Source: an uncultured delta proteobacterium
GTDB lineage: Bacteria; Desulfobacterota; Binatia; Binatales; Binataceae
Direction: 5' to 3'
NCBI GenBank assembly: GCA_963833025.1
Contig: CAWHWI010000005.1
Span: 176,644 to 240,643 of the forward strand
DNA length: 64,000 nt
Positions 45,979 to 54,474 of the stretch are shown piece by piece (the stretch's first letter is position 1; the number at the start of each line of letters is the position of its first letter). Both the position numbers and the translations under genes were made by a program. Below the pieces are notes generated by a model that saw nothing but the letters and a program-made list of their open reading frames with translations, did not search any database and had not been told where the DNA came from.

Positions 45979-47699
45979 CAGTCGCGTCCTTTCACTCCCT
46001 TCACCCACGCGACGAATTCATCCGTCGTCAGCGCCAGCGGGCCGAAGCGCCGGCTCAGCTCGGTGATTTCCGGCGCGCGAAACGACGACGAGTGCAGCAG
46101 TTCTTCCCGCATGAAAAACTCGCGCACCCCGCCGTCGAAAATTTTCGCGCCCTTGCGCAGCAGCACGACCCGCCGCGCGTACTCGGCGACCAGCCACGGC
46201 GTATGCGTGATGATCACGATTGCGATTCCAGCGCGGTTGAGGTCGCGCACCAGCGCCATCATGCGCAGCTGCTCGCGATGGTCCAGCCCGGTGGTCGGTT
46301 CGTCGAGAATCAGCATCCGCGGCCGCAGCACCAGCACGCTCGCCACCGCCAAGCGCTGACGCTCGCCCTTGCTGAGCAGGAACGGGTCGCTCTGGCGCTC
46401 ATTCTGCAGGCCGACCGCTTCGAGCGCTTCGTCGCATCGACGACGAATTTCGTCATCCGCCAGCCCGAAGTTGCGCGGTCCGAAAACGACTTCATCTTCG
46501 ACCGTCGCGGCGAAAATCTGATGGTCCGGATTCTGGAAAACGTACGCGACTTCGCGCGCCGTCTCTGCCGGGCGCATCTGCGCGCGGTCCTTGCCGTCGA
46601 TCGTGACGCGCCCCGTCGCCGGCGGAAGCAGACCGACGATATGCTTGGCCAGGGTGGTTTTGCCGGAACCGTTTTGACCGACGATCGCGAGAAATTCGCC
46701 GGCTTCGACTTTCAGATCGATCGAATCGAGCGCGCGCGAGCCGCCCGCGTAGCTGAAGCTCACGTTCTCGATGCCGACAAATGTGGGACCGGCCGCGGCG
46801 GTAGTCTGCAGACGGGATTCGGCCGTGTTCTCGATCAACGTTTTGGCCAGACGCGGATAGGCTCGCAGGATTTCCTCAAAAGCCTGATCGACATTCTTCG
46901 CTTGCGCCTCGATTCCCAGCATCTCGAGCGCATGGCCTAGCCCCGGCGGACGCACGCCGCAATCCCTCAGCAGTTCAGTGCGCGCGAACACTTCGGGAGG
47001 CGGACCGTCGGCGGCGATCTCGCCCTCGCGCAGAACGATTATCCGGTCGGCGGCGCGCAGCTCCTCGGACTCGTGCTCGATTACGATGAGGCTCAAGCCC
47101 TGCGCGCGCAGTTTGGCGATCAGCTCGAATACTTCCGCTCGGCCCTCGGGATCGAGATCGGTGGTCGGCTCGTCGAGCACGATTACCGACGGGCGCAACG
47201 CCAGCACCGACGCGATCGCCAGCCGCTGTTTCTCGCCGCCCGACAGCGACATCGGATCGCGATGCTCGAAGCCGCGCAGCCCGACCGCTTCGAGCGCAGG
47301 CATGATTCGCCGATCCATCTCGGCGCGCTCCATGCCGACTTGTTCCATCGCGAACGCGACCTCGTGCGCGACGTTGGTTGAAAACAACTGCGCCTCGAAA
47401 TCCTGGAAAACCATGCCGACTTTGGGCGCGAGGTCGCAGACGCGAAGATGCTCGAGCGGTTCGCCCGCGATGCGGATCGCGCCGTGAAAATCGCCGTCCT
47501 CGAATTCCGGCACGATGCGATTGAGGCATTTCGCGAGCGTGGATTTGCCGGCCCCCGACGCGCCCATCACGCCGATCGTCTCGCCTGCGGCCTGTACGAA
47601 GCTCACCGCTCGAAGCGCGGGCTTGTCGGCGCCATGATAAGTGAACGTGACTCGCTCGACGCACACGGCCTGCTGGTTAGTGTTCACTAAAAAATTCAC
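45978..47699 (-). CDS. ECF transporter fused double ATPase (EcfA1-EcfA2 / CbiO-type)
   Basis: Two ABC cassettes: Walker A GASGAGKST and GQNGSGKTT; signatures LSGGEKQR and LSKGERQR. GTG at 47699 overlaps the S-component stop (GTGA); alternative GTG at 47687. Confidence 0.9.
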   Translation of the reverse strand: MNFLVNTNQQAVCVERVTFTYHGADKPALRAVSFVQAAGETIGVMGASGAGKSTLAKCLNRIVPEFEDGDFHGAIRIAGEPLEHLRVCDLAPKVGMVFQDFEAQLFSTNVAHEVAFAMEQVGMERAEMDRRIMPALEAVGLRGFEHRDPMSLSGGEKQRLAIASVLALRPSVIVLDEPTTDLDPEGRAEVFELIAKLRAQGLSLIVIEHESEELRAADRIIVLREGEIAADGPPPEVFARTELLRDCGVRPPGLGHALEMLGIEAQAKNVDQAFEEILRAYPRLAKTLIENTAESRLQTTAAAGPTFVGIENVSFSYAGGSRALDSIDLKVEAGEFLAIVGQNGSGKTTLAKHIVGLLPPATGRVTIDGKDRAQMRPAETAREVAYVFQNPDHQIFAATVEDEVVFGPRNFGLADDEIRRRCDEALEAVGLQNERQSDPFLLSKGERQRLAVASVLVLRPRMLILDEPTTGLDHREQLRMMALVRDLNRAGIAIVIITHTPWLVAEYARRVVLLRKGAKIFDGGVREFFMREELLHSSSFRAPEITELSRRFGPLALTTDEFVAWVKGVKGRD

Positions 47700-48481
47700 A
47701 TCATGAACAGGCCCGCGAACGCCAACAGCAGGAACGGGCCGACGATTATTGCGACCGGCTTGTCGTATGGAGCGACGATCATCGATGCGGGCAGAAATTT
47801 TGGCGCCCAATACCCGGTCGAAAGTAGATTTCCAAAAATCCACGCGCCGCCTTCGCCCGTTATCAGCACCGCGAAACCCAATGCGCGTATTCCCACCGGC
47901 TTCAGCTTCACTTCCGGCATCACGTCAGTGTAAAGCATCCGGCCTTTTTTGACGCGCGGGTAAACGGCCGCGAGGATGAACGGCGAGAGCGCCAGCGCCG
48001 AGATCATATTGTTGAAAATGATCACGTTGCCGAGCATCGCGAACGGCCTGATGACGAGCACGTTGTCCGCCCATCCGACCAGGTCGGCGCACAGCACGCT
48101 CGCCGCCAGGCACGCGATCACGTACTTGAAGATTGTGAGCGGTGAGCGAAGAACGGGACTCTCGCCGCGCGCGATCAATTCCCAGACTTTGTACGGAATC
48201 CATCCGTAGGCCAGATTCGCGAAAAATCCGGCGATGTCGCCCGGCGACACTCCGCCGAAAAAATCGCCGATCATATTCCCGATCGCGGAACCCCACGCGG
48301 CCGCCGGACCGAACAGGAACGAGCACACAACTGGAATCGCGTTGGCAGGACGCAGTTCGGTGACGCCGGGAATCAGCGGGACGACCTTGAACGGCACCAG
48401 CACCGCGGCGTAGAGCGCGGCCGAGATCGCGCACAGCACGACCATCCGCGTGTTGCGCCACATCAGGCGAAGTTCGCTCAT
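47696..48481 (-). CDS. putative ECF transporter substrate-specific (S) component, specificity unknown
   Basis: 261 aa with about 6-7 TM helices and an S-component-like segment GVTELRPANAIPVVCSFLFGP. Position is first in the ECF operon. Confidence 0.6.
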   Translation of the reverse strand: MSELRLMWRNTRMVVLCAISAALYAAVLVPFKVVPLIPGVTELRPANAIPVVCSFLFGPAAAWGSAIGNMIGDFFGGVSPGDIAGFFANLAYGWIPYKVWELIARGESPVLRSPLTIFKYVIACLAASVLCADLVGWADNVLVIRPFAMLGNVIIFNNMISALALSPFILAAVYPRVKKGRMLYTDVMPEVKLKPVGIRALGFAVLITGEGGAWIFGNLLSTGYWAPKFLPASMIVAPYDKPVAIIVGPFLLLAFAGLFMM

Positions 48482-48643
48482 CGCGGCACGCGCGACACGA
48501 CGCGCACGCGGCGCATGCCTGCTACTCGGACCAAATGATCGACTGCCACGTTCATCTCGACGCTGACCAGTATCCCGACCCTTCCGGCGGATTCAAGCGC
48601 GCATCCGTGAAATCTGCGCTGGCAGCGGCTACAATACGATGGC

Positions 48644-49000
48644 ATGCCGATCTATGAATATCGCTGCGAGAAGTGCCGGCGCACGACCAGCGTACTGACC
48701 ACGCGCGTGAGTGAAAAGGTCGAGGCCGTCTGCGCGCACTGCGGCGGAAAAAAAATGAGCCGCCTGATGTCGCGGTTCGCGATGCCACGCGGCAAGGAAT
48801 CGCGGATGGAATCGCTCGCCGATCCGTCGAAGCTCGGCAACATCGACGAGAACGATCCCAAGAGCGTCGCGCGGATGATGAAGCGGATGGGCAAAGAGAT
48901 GGGCGACGAATTCAACGGCCCGGAGTTCGATGAGGCAGTCGAGGAATTGGAAAGCAGCGGCGACTTGGGCGATGACAGCTCGGGCGAGGATGGTATCTAG
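48644..49000 (+). CDS. FmdB-family zinc-ribbon protein
   Basis: MPIYEYRCEKC...CAHCGG, the characteristic CxxC...CxxC zinc-ribbon start, followed by an acidic tail. Confidence 0.8.
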   Translation: MPIYEYRCEKCRRTTSVLTTRVSEKVEAVCAHCGGKKMSRLMSRFAMPRGKESRMESLADPSKLGNIDENDPKSVARMMKRMGKEMGDEFNGPEFDEAVEELESSGDLGDDSSGEDGI

Positions 49001-49110
49001 CGCGTTTGTTCCCCTTCCCATCTAGGCCGGCTGCTGTACCAAATTACCCTCGCCCGCTCTGCCGGAGAGGGAACGGCGTCCGCGCCTGGGGTGAGGGAAG
49101 GGGTTAAGGG

Positions 49111-49740
49111 TTAGGTTGGGCGAGAGTCAATCCACGCGGTGCGCGTGATGACGAAGCCGTCAGCCTCCGATGCCGCAGCGCTGCCCGCGACTGCGAAGCC
49201 GAGGCCGGATAGATACCCCGCCACATCGATCGGAGATTCGCTTTTCGATCGGCTTCCGTAATTGCTCACGATCAATCGTCCGCCGCGCGCGACCGCGGAG
49301 TCGAGGATCCGGCGGAGGTATTCGCGATGCCGCGAGGGCGGCGCCGACTCGAGCAGCAGATGTACATAGTCGTAGCGGCGCAGCGGCCTCCACCTGAACG
49401 CGTTTGCGGCGGTGAAATTCGACGCGTACGCCGGCATTCGATTGCGTGCGAGATCGATCAGCTCCGGTACCAGGTCGATTCCATACGGCTCGATAGCGAC
49501 GCCGCGCTCAATCGCCCACGCGATTAGGCACTCGAGCAGCAGACCATTGGCGCATCCGATGTCGAGGAACGTCCCGCTGCGCTTGACCGCGCTCAGAATC
49601 ACTTCGCGCGCGAGACGCCATCGCTCGGGCGTGCTGCCCCATCCCGACTGACGCCACGGATTGTCCGACGCCAGATACCATAGCTTGAAATCGCGACGCA
49701 TCGAGTCGAACCATCCACCGATTTCATCGTCGTCGCTCAT
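49111..49740 (-). CDS. class I SAM-dependent methyltransferase
   Basis: Motif I FLDIGCANG and downstream acidic loop GIDL. Confidence 0.7.
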   Translation of the reverse strand: MSDDDEIGGWFDSMRRDFKLWYLASDNPWRQSGWGSTPERWRLAREVILSAVKRSGTFLDIGCANGLLLECLIAWAIERGVAIEPYGIDLVPELIDLARNRMPAYASNFTAANAFRWRPLRRYDYVHLLLESAPPSRHREYLRRILDSAVARGGRLIVSNYGSRSKSESPIDVAGYLSGLGFAVAGSAAASEADGFVITRTAWIDSRPT

Positions 49741-49750
49741 CGCCGCGCCG

Positions 49751-50242
49751 TTAATCAGCTTCGAGCATGACGATCGCCGCCGCCGCCATGCCTTCGCCGC
49801 GGCCGAGTGCGCCGAGGCCCTCGGGGCTCGACGCTTTCACGTTGACGCGCGTTTGATCGGTGCTGACGCCGAGTGTGGCGGCGAGCCGCTCGCGCATCGC
49901 GTCGAGATGCGGCTTCAGCTTCGGCGCCTCGGCGAAAACAGTCAGGTCGGCGTTGCCGAGCCGCCATCCTTTGTCGCTCGCGAGCTTCCAGACGGCGGCC
50001 AGCAGCGCGATCGAGTCGGCGTTCTTGTACTTAGGGTCGTTGTCGGGAAAATGCCGGCCGAGATCGCCTGCGCCGATCGCGCCGAGGATCGCGTTGGCCA
50101 GCGCATGCGCCGCGACATCGGCATCGGAATGCCCGCGAAGTCCCTTGTCGTGCTTGATCTCGACGCCGCCGAGCACGAGCCGGCGCCCCGCTTCGAGCGG
50201 ATGAAAATCGAATCCGTTGCCTACGCGAAAACGCGTCGCCAT
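49751..50242 (-). CDS. ispF: 2-C-methyl-D-erythritol 2,4-cyclodiphosphate synthase
   Basis: RVGNGFDFH, GHSDADV, the FP..DP.YK..DS-type motif (here HFPDNDPKYKNADS) and EAPKL are diagnostic. Confidence 0.95.
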   Translation of the reverse strand: MATRFRVGNGFDFHPLEAGRRLVLGGVEIKHDKGLRGHSDADVAAHALANAILGAIGAGDLGRHFPDNDPKYKNADSIALLAAVWKLASDKGWRLGNADLTVFAEAPKLKPHLDAMRERLAATLGVSTDQTRVNVKASSPEGLGALGRGEGMAAAAIVMLEAD

Positions 50243-50363
50243 TGCTGTAACCCTCGCGCGCGGAGCCCGGCGAGCGCATGATTTGCGCTGCGCCCGACTG
50301 CGTTGACATCCGCTATTTCAGCCGCCAAGCTTTTTCCCATCGCACTCAGGAGGATCGCCCGCG

Positions 50364-50654
50364 ATGCCCGCATTCGTTAAGAGCCCGAAATTCATCATAG
50401 GCACAATCGTGGTCTTGTGGGTGGCGTACATCATTTACGCAAACTTTCAGATCGACATGGTCACGTTCTACCTGCTGCCGTTCAACATGTTGAAGCTGCA
50501 ACTCAGGCTCTCGGCAGTACTAATCGGCGCCGCGATTTTCGGGTCAGTGGCGACGATCGTGATTCACTGGCTATGGGTGCGGCCCTCGAACAGCTCATCG
50601 GCCGCGACTGCGCCCACGTCGCCATCGAGTCCCAGGAGCAGCACGGTCGCCTGA
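50364..50654 (+). CDS. small LapA-like (DUF1049-type) membrane protein
   Basis: Two TM helices with a Ser/Pro-rich tail. The 3' 91 nt overlap the convergent moeA ORF, so one of the two ends may be shorter in reality. Confidence 0.45.
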   Translation: MPAFVKSPKFIIGTIVVLWVAYIIYANFQIDMVTFYLLPFNMLKLQLRLSAVLIGAAIFGSVATIVIHWLWVRPSNSSSAATAPTSPSSPRSSTVA

Positions 50655-51865
50655 GCGCCCGCCTTCAAAATCGTTTCGGTTGACGGACCTATAAGCAGAC
50701 CGTCGGCGCGCGACAGCGAACTTAAAATTCCCGAGCCCTGCCCGCCAGTGGGAGTCGCGAGCCAGCCGTCGTCCGCGCCGGTGGCGACCGCGCCGGTGGC
50801 GCCGGTGTCGCGCTGGAGTTTGACCCTCACAAACTCGGTGAGGTCCTTTGAAATTTTTACATCGACGGCGCATCGCGCCAGCACGCGCGGCAGACCCACG
50901 CGCCGCATCCCGCTCATCTTGAGGATCGCCGGGCGCGCATACAGGTAGAAGCAGACCAGCGTCGACACCGGATTGCCCGGCAGGCCGAAGATCGGCCGGT
51001 AGCCTACGGTGCCGAATTTCAGCGGACGCCCCGGCTTTTGCGCGACGCCGTGAAAAAGCTGGCGCATCCCAAGTTCGTCGAGCGCGCCCGTGACGTGATC
51101 GAACTGGCCCACCGACACGCCGCCCGTCGACAGCACCGCGTCGAAGGTCATCGCCTCGGCGAGACGCTCGCGAATTTCGCGCGCGTCGTCGCGCGCCACC
51201 TTGAGGATGACCGCCTCGGCGCCGGCCTGGCCAACCGCGCCGGCCAGCGCGTAGGCGCTGGAATTGACGATCTGCGCACCTGTCGGTACCTGATCGACAT
51301 CGACGAGTTCATCGCCGGTGGCGACGATCGCGACGCGTGGGCGCCGGATGACCTCGACCATCGAGCGATTCACCGACGCCAGCATCCCAAGGTCGGCCGG
51401 CCTGAGCGTCTTGCCTGCCGACATCACCAGTTCGCCGAGGCGCAAATCCTCGCCGCGCGGCCGGATGAACGCGCCTTTCTCGGCGGCGACCAGAAACTCG
51501 ACCACGTCGCCGGTGCCGCGCGTCCGCTCGACCGGAACGATCGCGTCCGCGCCCTCTGCCATCGGCGCGCCGGTCATCGTGCGCACCGCCTCGCCCGCGC
51601 TCACGCGGCGAGTCGGCATCTTGCCGGCGCCGACGGTCTCGACGACGGCCAGCTTGACCGGGCTCGCCTCGGAAGCCTTGCCAAGATCGGCGGCGCGCAC
51701 CGCGAAACCGTCCATCGCGGAATTGTCGAAACCCGGGATGTCGCGCGACGAGCTGATATCCTCGGCAAGCACGCGGCCAAGCGCCTCGACGATTGGAACG
51801 CGCTCGATTCCGAGCGGAGCCACATTTTCGAGAACGATTTGCAGAGCCTGGTCGGCGCTAATCAT
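50564..51865 (-). CDS. moeA: molybdopterin molybdotransferase
   Basis: 433 aa. DIPGFDNSAMDGFAV, ATGDEL, STGGVSVG, GLPGNPVS. Confidence 0.9.
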   Translation of the reverse strand: MISADQALQIVLENVAPLGIERVPIVEALGRVLAEDISSSRDIPGFDNSAMDGFAVRAADLGKASEASPVKLAVVETVGAGKMPTRRVSAGEAVRTMTGAPMAEGADAIVPVERTRGTGDVVEFLVAAEKGAFIRPRGEDLRLGELVMSAGKTLRPADLGMLASVNRSMVEVIRRPRVAIVATGDELVDVDQVPTGAQIVNSSAYALAGAVGQAGAEAVILKVARDDAREIRERLAEAMTFDAVLSTGGVSVGQFDHVTGALDELGMRQLFHGVAQKPGRPLKFGTVGYRPIFGLPGNPVSTLVCFYLYARPAILKMSGMRRVGLPRVLARCAVDVKISKDLTEFVRVKLQRDTGATGAVATGADDGWLATPTGGQGSGILSSLSRADGLLIGPSTETILKAGAQATVLLLGLDGDVGAVAADELFEGRTHSQ

Positions 51866-51966
51866 GAGGAAAAAAGGATACGCGGCTTTCGGTCGCGATT
51901 GAACCGCGCCGTCACCTGCGATGGTGATCTTTCAGTGCGAAGTGGAAAAACAGATTGAGCTGGTGC

Positions 51967-52974
51967 TTAGAACTCGACGTGTTCGACGCTGGCGTGCGTA
52001 TCCGAATCCACCGGAATGCGCACGCTGTACGAACGCTCGTACGGAGGAACTACGTCCCGCAGCAACGCCGGGTTGAGCTCACGCAGGCGCCCCAGCGTCG
52101 TCCCGTGATCGAGAGCGACGCGGCTGAGCGGAGTGCCACCGCTGACCGGTAGCGTCTGGTATAAGGGCGGCTGGTCGAGCTTGATAGTCGTGATTCCGTA
52201 GCTGTTCGCATGACGCGCGATATACGCCACCGCCATGAAGCGTCCCAGCAGCCCGCGGGTTCGCCGCGGCAGCCGATTGCCGAACTTTTCCATCCTGGGA
52301 CCGCGGAGCGACCAGTAACGGTTAATCGCCCGGTCCCCGTTGTTCCACGCGACGAGCGTCATCGGCCAGTCGTCGCCCGCTTCGTCGTGCAGGGTAGCCA
52401 GGTACTCGGCGGCCGCCTTGGTCGACATCACCGGGTCTCGGCGCTCATCGACGTAATCGTCGATGCGGAGGCCGAAGCGCTTTGCCGTATCCGAATTGAA
52501 CTGCCACGGACCCTTGCCCAGCTTGGAGAATTCGCTTTCCGCAAAAGCCAGGTAGACGAGGTCGTCAGGCAGGCCGTAGCTCCGCAGCACGCGGACCATA
52601 TCAGGCAGGTAGGGATGACTGCGGTCGAAGGTATCCTGCAGCTGGTCGGGCGAACTCATGAAATCGGAGACATAGCGACGTACAGCTTGATTAAGGAGAA
52701 TCGGGAAAGGTGGAACCGGCCGCGGCAGGGGTAGCACGTACGACGACGGAATCGGTTTGGCGCCGGCTTCCGCGGGAGTCTCGAGCTCGAAGCCTGCGCT
52801 TTGCCCGTCCAAGCTTGGCAACGCCGCCCCTGACCGAGCGTCGGAGCCGTCAAAATCTTCAGCGAATGCACGAGTGGATGCCCATCCGGCGACAATCAGG
52901 GCCGCCATCAGTGCTACGAGCACTCGATAGATAGAGTTCGGTTTACGCATTCTCCCCCGAGAAGGTGACCCCAA
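51967..52974 (-). CDS. lytic transglycosylase (SLT domain) with C-terminal LysM-like domain
   Basis: Signal peptide. AFAESEF (catalytic Glu), GPWQF and AWNNG; C-terminal segment SRVALDHGTTLGRLRELNP. Confidence 0.8.
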   Translation of the reverse strand: MGSPSRGRMRKPNSIYRVLVALMAALIVAGWASTRAFAEDFDGSDARSGAALPSLDGQSAGFELETPAEAGAKPIPSSYVLPLPRPVPPFPILLNQAVRRYVSDFMSSPDQLQDTFDRSHPYLPDMVRVLRSYGLPDDLVYLAFAESEFSKLGKGPWQFNSDTAKRFGLRIDDYVDERRDPVMSTKAAAEYLATLHDEAGDDWPMTLVAWNNGDRAINRYWSLRGPRMEKFGNRLPRRTRGLLGRFMAVAYIARHANSYGITTIKLDQPPLYQTLPVSGGTPLSRVALDHGTTLGRLRELNPALLRDVVPPYERSYSVRIPVDSDTHASVEHVEF

Positions 52975-53197
52975 CCGTACCGACCGACTCGACCGGGATC
53001 AACCCATCGGCGGTGGATAAGCTATTAAAAAGTCTAATGTATGATGGTGACTTTCTGAATAAGTGCTTGCAAACGCTCACGAATCTTGGCGCTAGATGGC
53101 GGGAGAATTCGTTACGTGAACTTTAGCCTAGCAGGTTCTTTGTGTTACCGTTGGCTACCGCAATCAGTCCCGAAGGACCACTGATCGGCGATAAAAT

Positions 53198-54298
53198 TTG
53201 AATCTCTGGCACGACATTATCGACAGCCTGACCGACGCGATCCTCGTGCTCTCGCCCGCGATGGAACCCCAGGTGGTCAACCCCGCCGCCGAAACGATGC
53301 TCGGGGTTTCCCAGGTGAACGCCGCGACGGTCGCCGACCTCGTGCGCCAGAACGATTGGTTGGGCCGGATGGTCGGGGCATGCCTCGAGAGCGGTCAGGA
53401 TCTCGGCGACATGGAGACGGTGCTGACGACCGGGCCGCGCGAGCTGGCGGTTCGCGTCGAGGTATCTCCGCTGCTCAACGCCGAGGGACGCCCCGGCGGG
53501 GTCATTATCCTGCTGCATGACCTGTCCCACGAAAAAGGCGCGGCCGAGGCTGCCACCACCGGCGACCTGAGCCTGCGGTTGTCGCCGGCCGGCCTCGCGC
53601 ACGAGGTCAAGAATCCGCTGACGGGCATCAAGGGAGCGGCCGAGCTGATGGCCGGGATGTTCCCCGACGACGCGCGCGCGCAGCAGTACTGCAGCGTGAT
53701 TCTCGACGGCGTCAACCGGATTGCGGCGCTCGTCGAGCAGGTGCTGATGGTCAGCGGGCCGCAACGCCTGTCGCAGGAGCCGGTCAACATCCACATGGTG
53801 CTGCACCAGGCGATGCGTATGGCGGGATTGTTCCCGCAACCGCCCGAAGGCGTCGTGGTGCTGCAGGATTTCGACCCCAGCCTGCCCGACGTGGTCGGCG
53901 ACGCGGGCGCGTTGGAGCGCACGTTTCTCAACCTGATCAAGAACGCGGCGGAAGCGATCGGCGAGTCGGGTACCATTCGCCTGCACACAAGAATCGAGCG
54001 CGAATTCCGGATGACCGCGGAAGGCCGCCGCCGTCAATTCCTGCGAGTCGAGATCAGTGACAGCGGCGTCGGCATCCCGGAGGACCAGCTGGCGCAACTC
54101 TTCACCCCGTTCTTCACGACTAAACCCGCCGGCACCGGCCTAGGCCTCGTGCTATGCCAACGAATAATCGCCCTCCACGGCGGCCGCCTCTGGGCCCAAC
54201 GCGGCGGCGTCGATCGAGTCAAAGGCACAGCATCCTCGCACGGCATGACCTTCAAAGTAACGCTCCCGATGATGCCGCCAGAAAAACGCCCGCAATAA
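53198..54298 (+). CDS. NtrB-type sensor histidine kinase (PAS-HisKA-HATPase)
   Basis: TTG start. H-box LAHEVKNPLTGIKGAAEL, N-box FLNLIKNAAEA, and G-boxes DSGVGI and GTGLGL. Confidence 0.85.
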   Translation: MNLWHDIIDSLTDAILVLSPAMEPQVVNPAAETMLGVSQVNAATVADLVRQNDWLGRMVGACLESGQDLGDMETVLTTGPRELAVRVEVSPLLNAEGRPGGVIILLHDLSHEKGAAEAATTGDLSLRLSPAGLAHEVKNPLTGIKGAAELMAGMFPDDARAQQYCSVILDGVNRIAALVEQVLMVSGPQRLSQEPVNIHMVLHQAMRMAGLFPQPPEGVVVLQDFDPSLPDVVGDAGALERTFLNLIKNAAEAIGESGTIRLHTRIEREFRMTAEGRRRQFLRVEISDSGVGIPEDQLAQLFTPFFTTKPAGTGLGLVLCQRIIALHGGRLWAQRGGVDRVKGTASSHGMTFKVTLPMMPPEKRPQ

Positions 54299-54334
54299 GA
54301 AATCCGCGCGAAGTTTCAATTTGCGCCGCTCTTC

Positions 54335-54445
54335 CCCTCTCCCTTCGGGGAGAGGATCGAAGGTGAGGGACCTTGTTCAGCGCGCGATGTTTTTCGCGCG
54401 CGATTCAAGATTCCGCTCTGCCGCATCGCAACGAGGTCGGCGAGT
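54335..54445. repeat. composite REP-like repeat without an IS insertion (related to the IS110 flanks)
   Basis: cccctctcccttcggggagagg hairpin, then atcgaaggtgaggg, then cagcgcgcgatgtttttcgcgcgcgattcaagattc... About 80% identical to 11104-11190, and related to 9843-9865. Confidence 0.75.
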
Positions 54446-54474
54446 TGCCAGTCTGGCACTCCACTGCCGGAGCC

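Noticed and set aside
48482-48643. Possible riboswitch (TPP- or cobalamin-like fragments such as GGGATACTGGTCAGCG and GAATCCGCCGG) in the leader of the ECF S-component gene
   Set aside because: Only short, out-of-order resemblances are present. The core elements (CTGAGA with the ACCTGA pairing for TPP; the B12 box and GGGAA core for cobalamin) are absent. The question needs an Infernal scan to settle.
54377-54474. C-terminal ~200 aa of the 637-aa ORF 54377..56290
   Set aside because: This is out-of-frame read-through after the 1-nt frame break. The sequence is Asp/Arg/His/Asn-rich junk derived from the TA repeat and the antisense-like frame. The real C-terminus is the frame ending at 54475.
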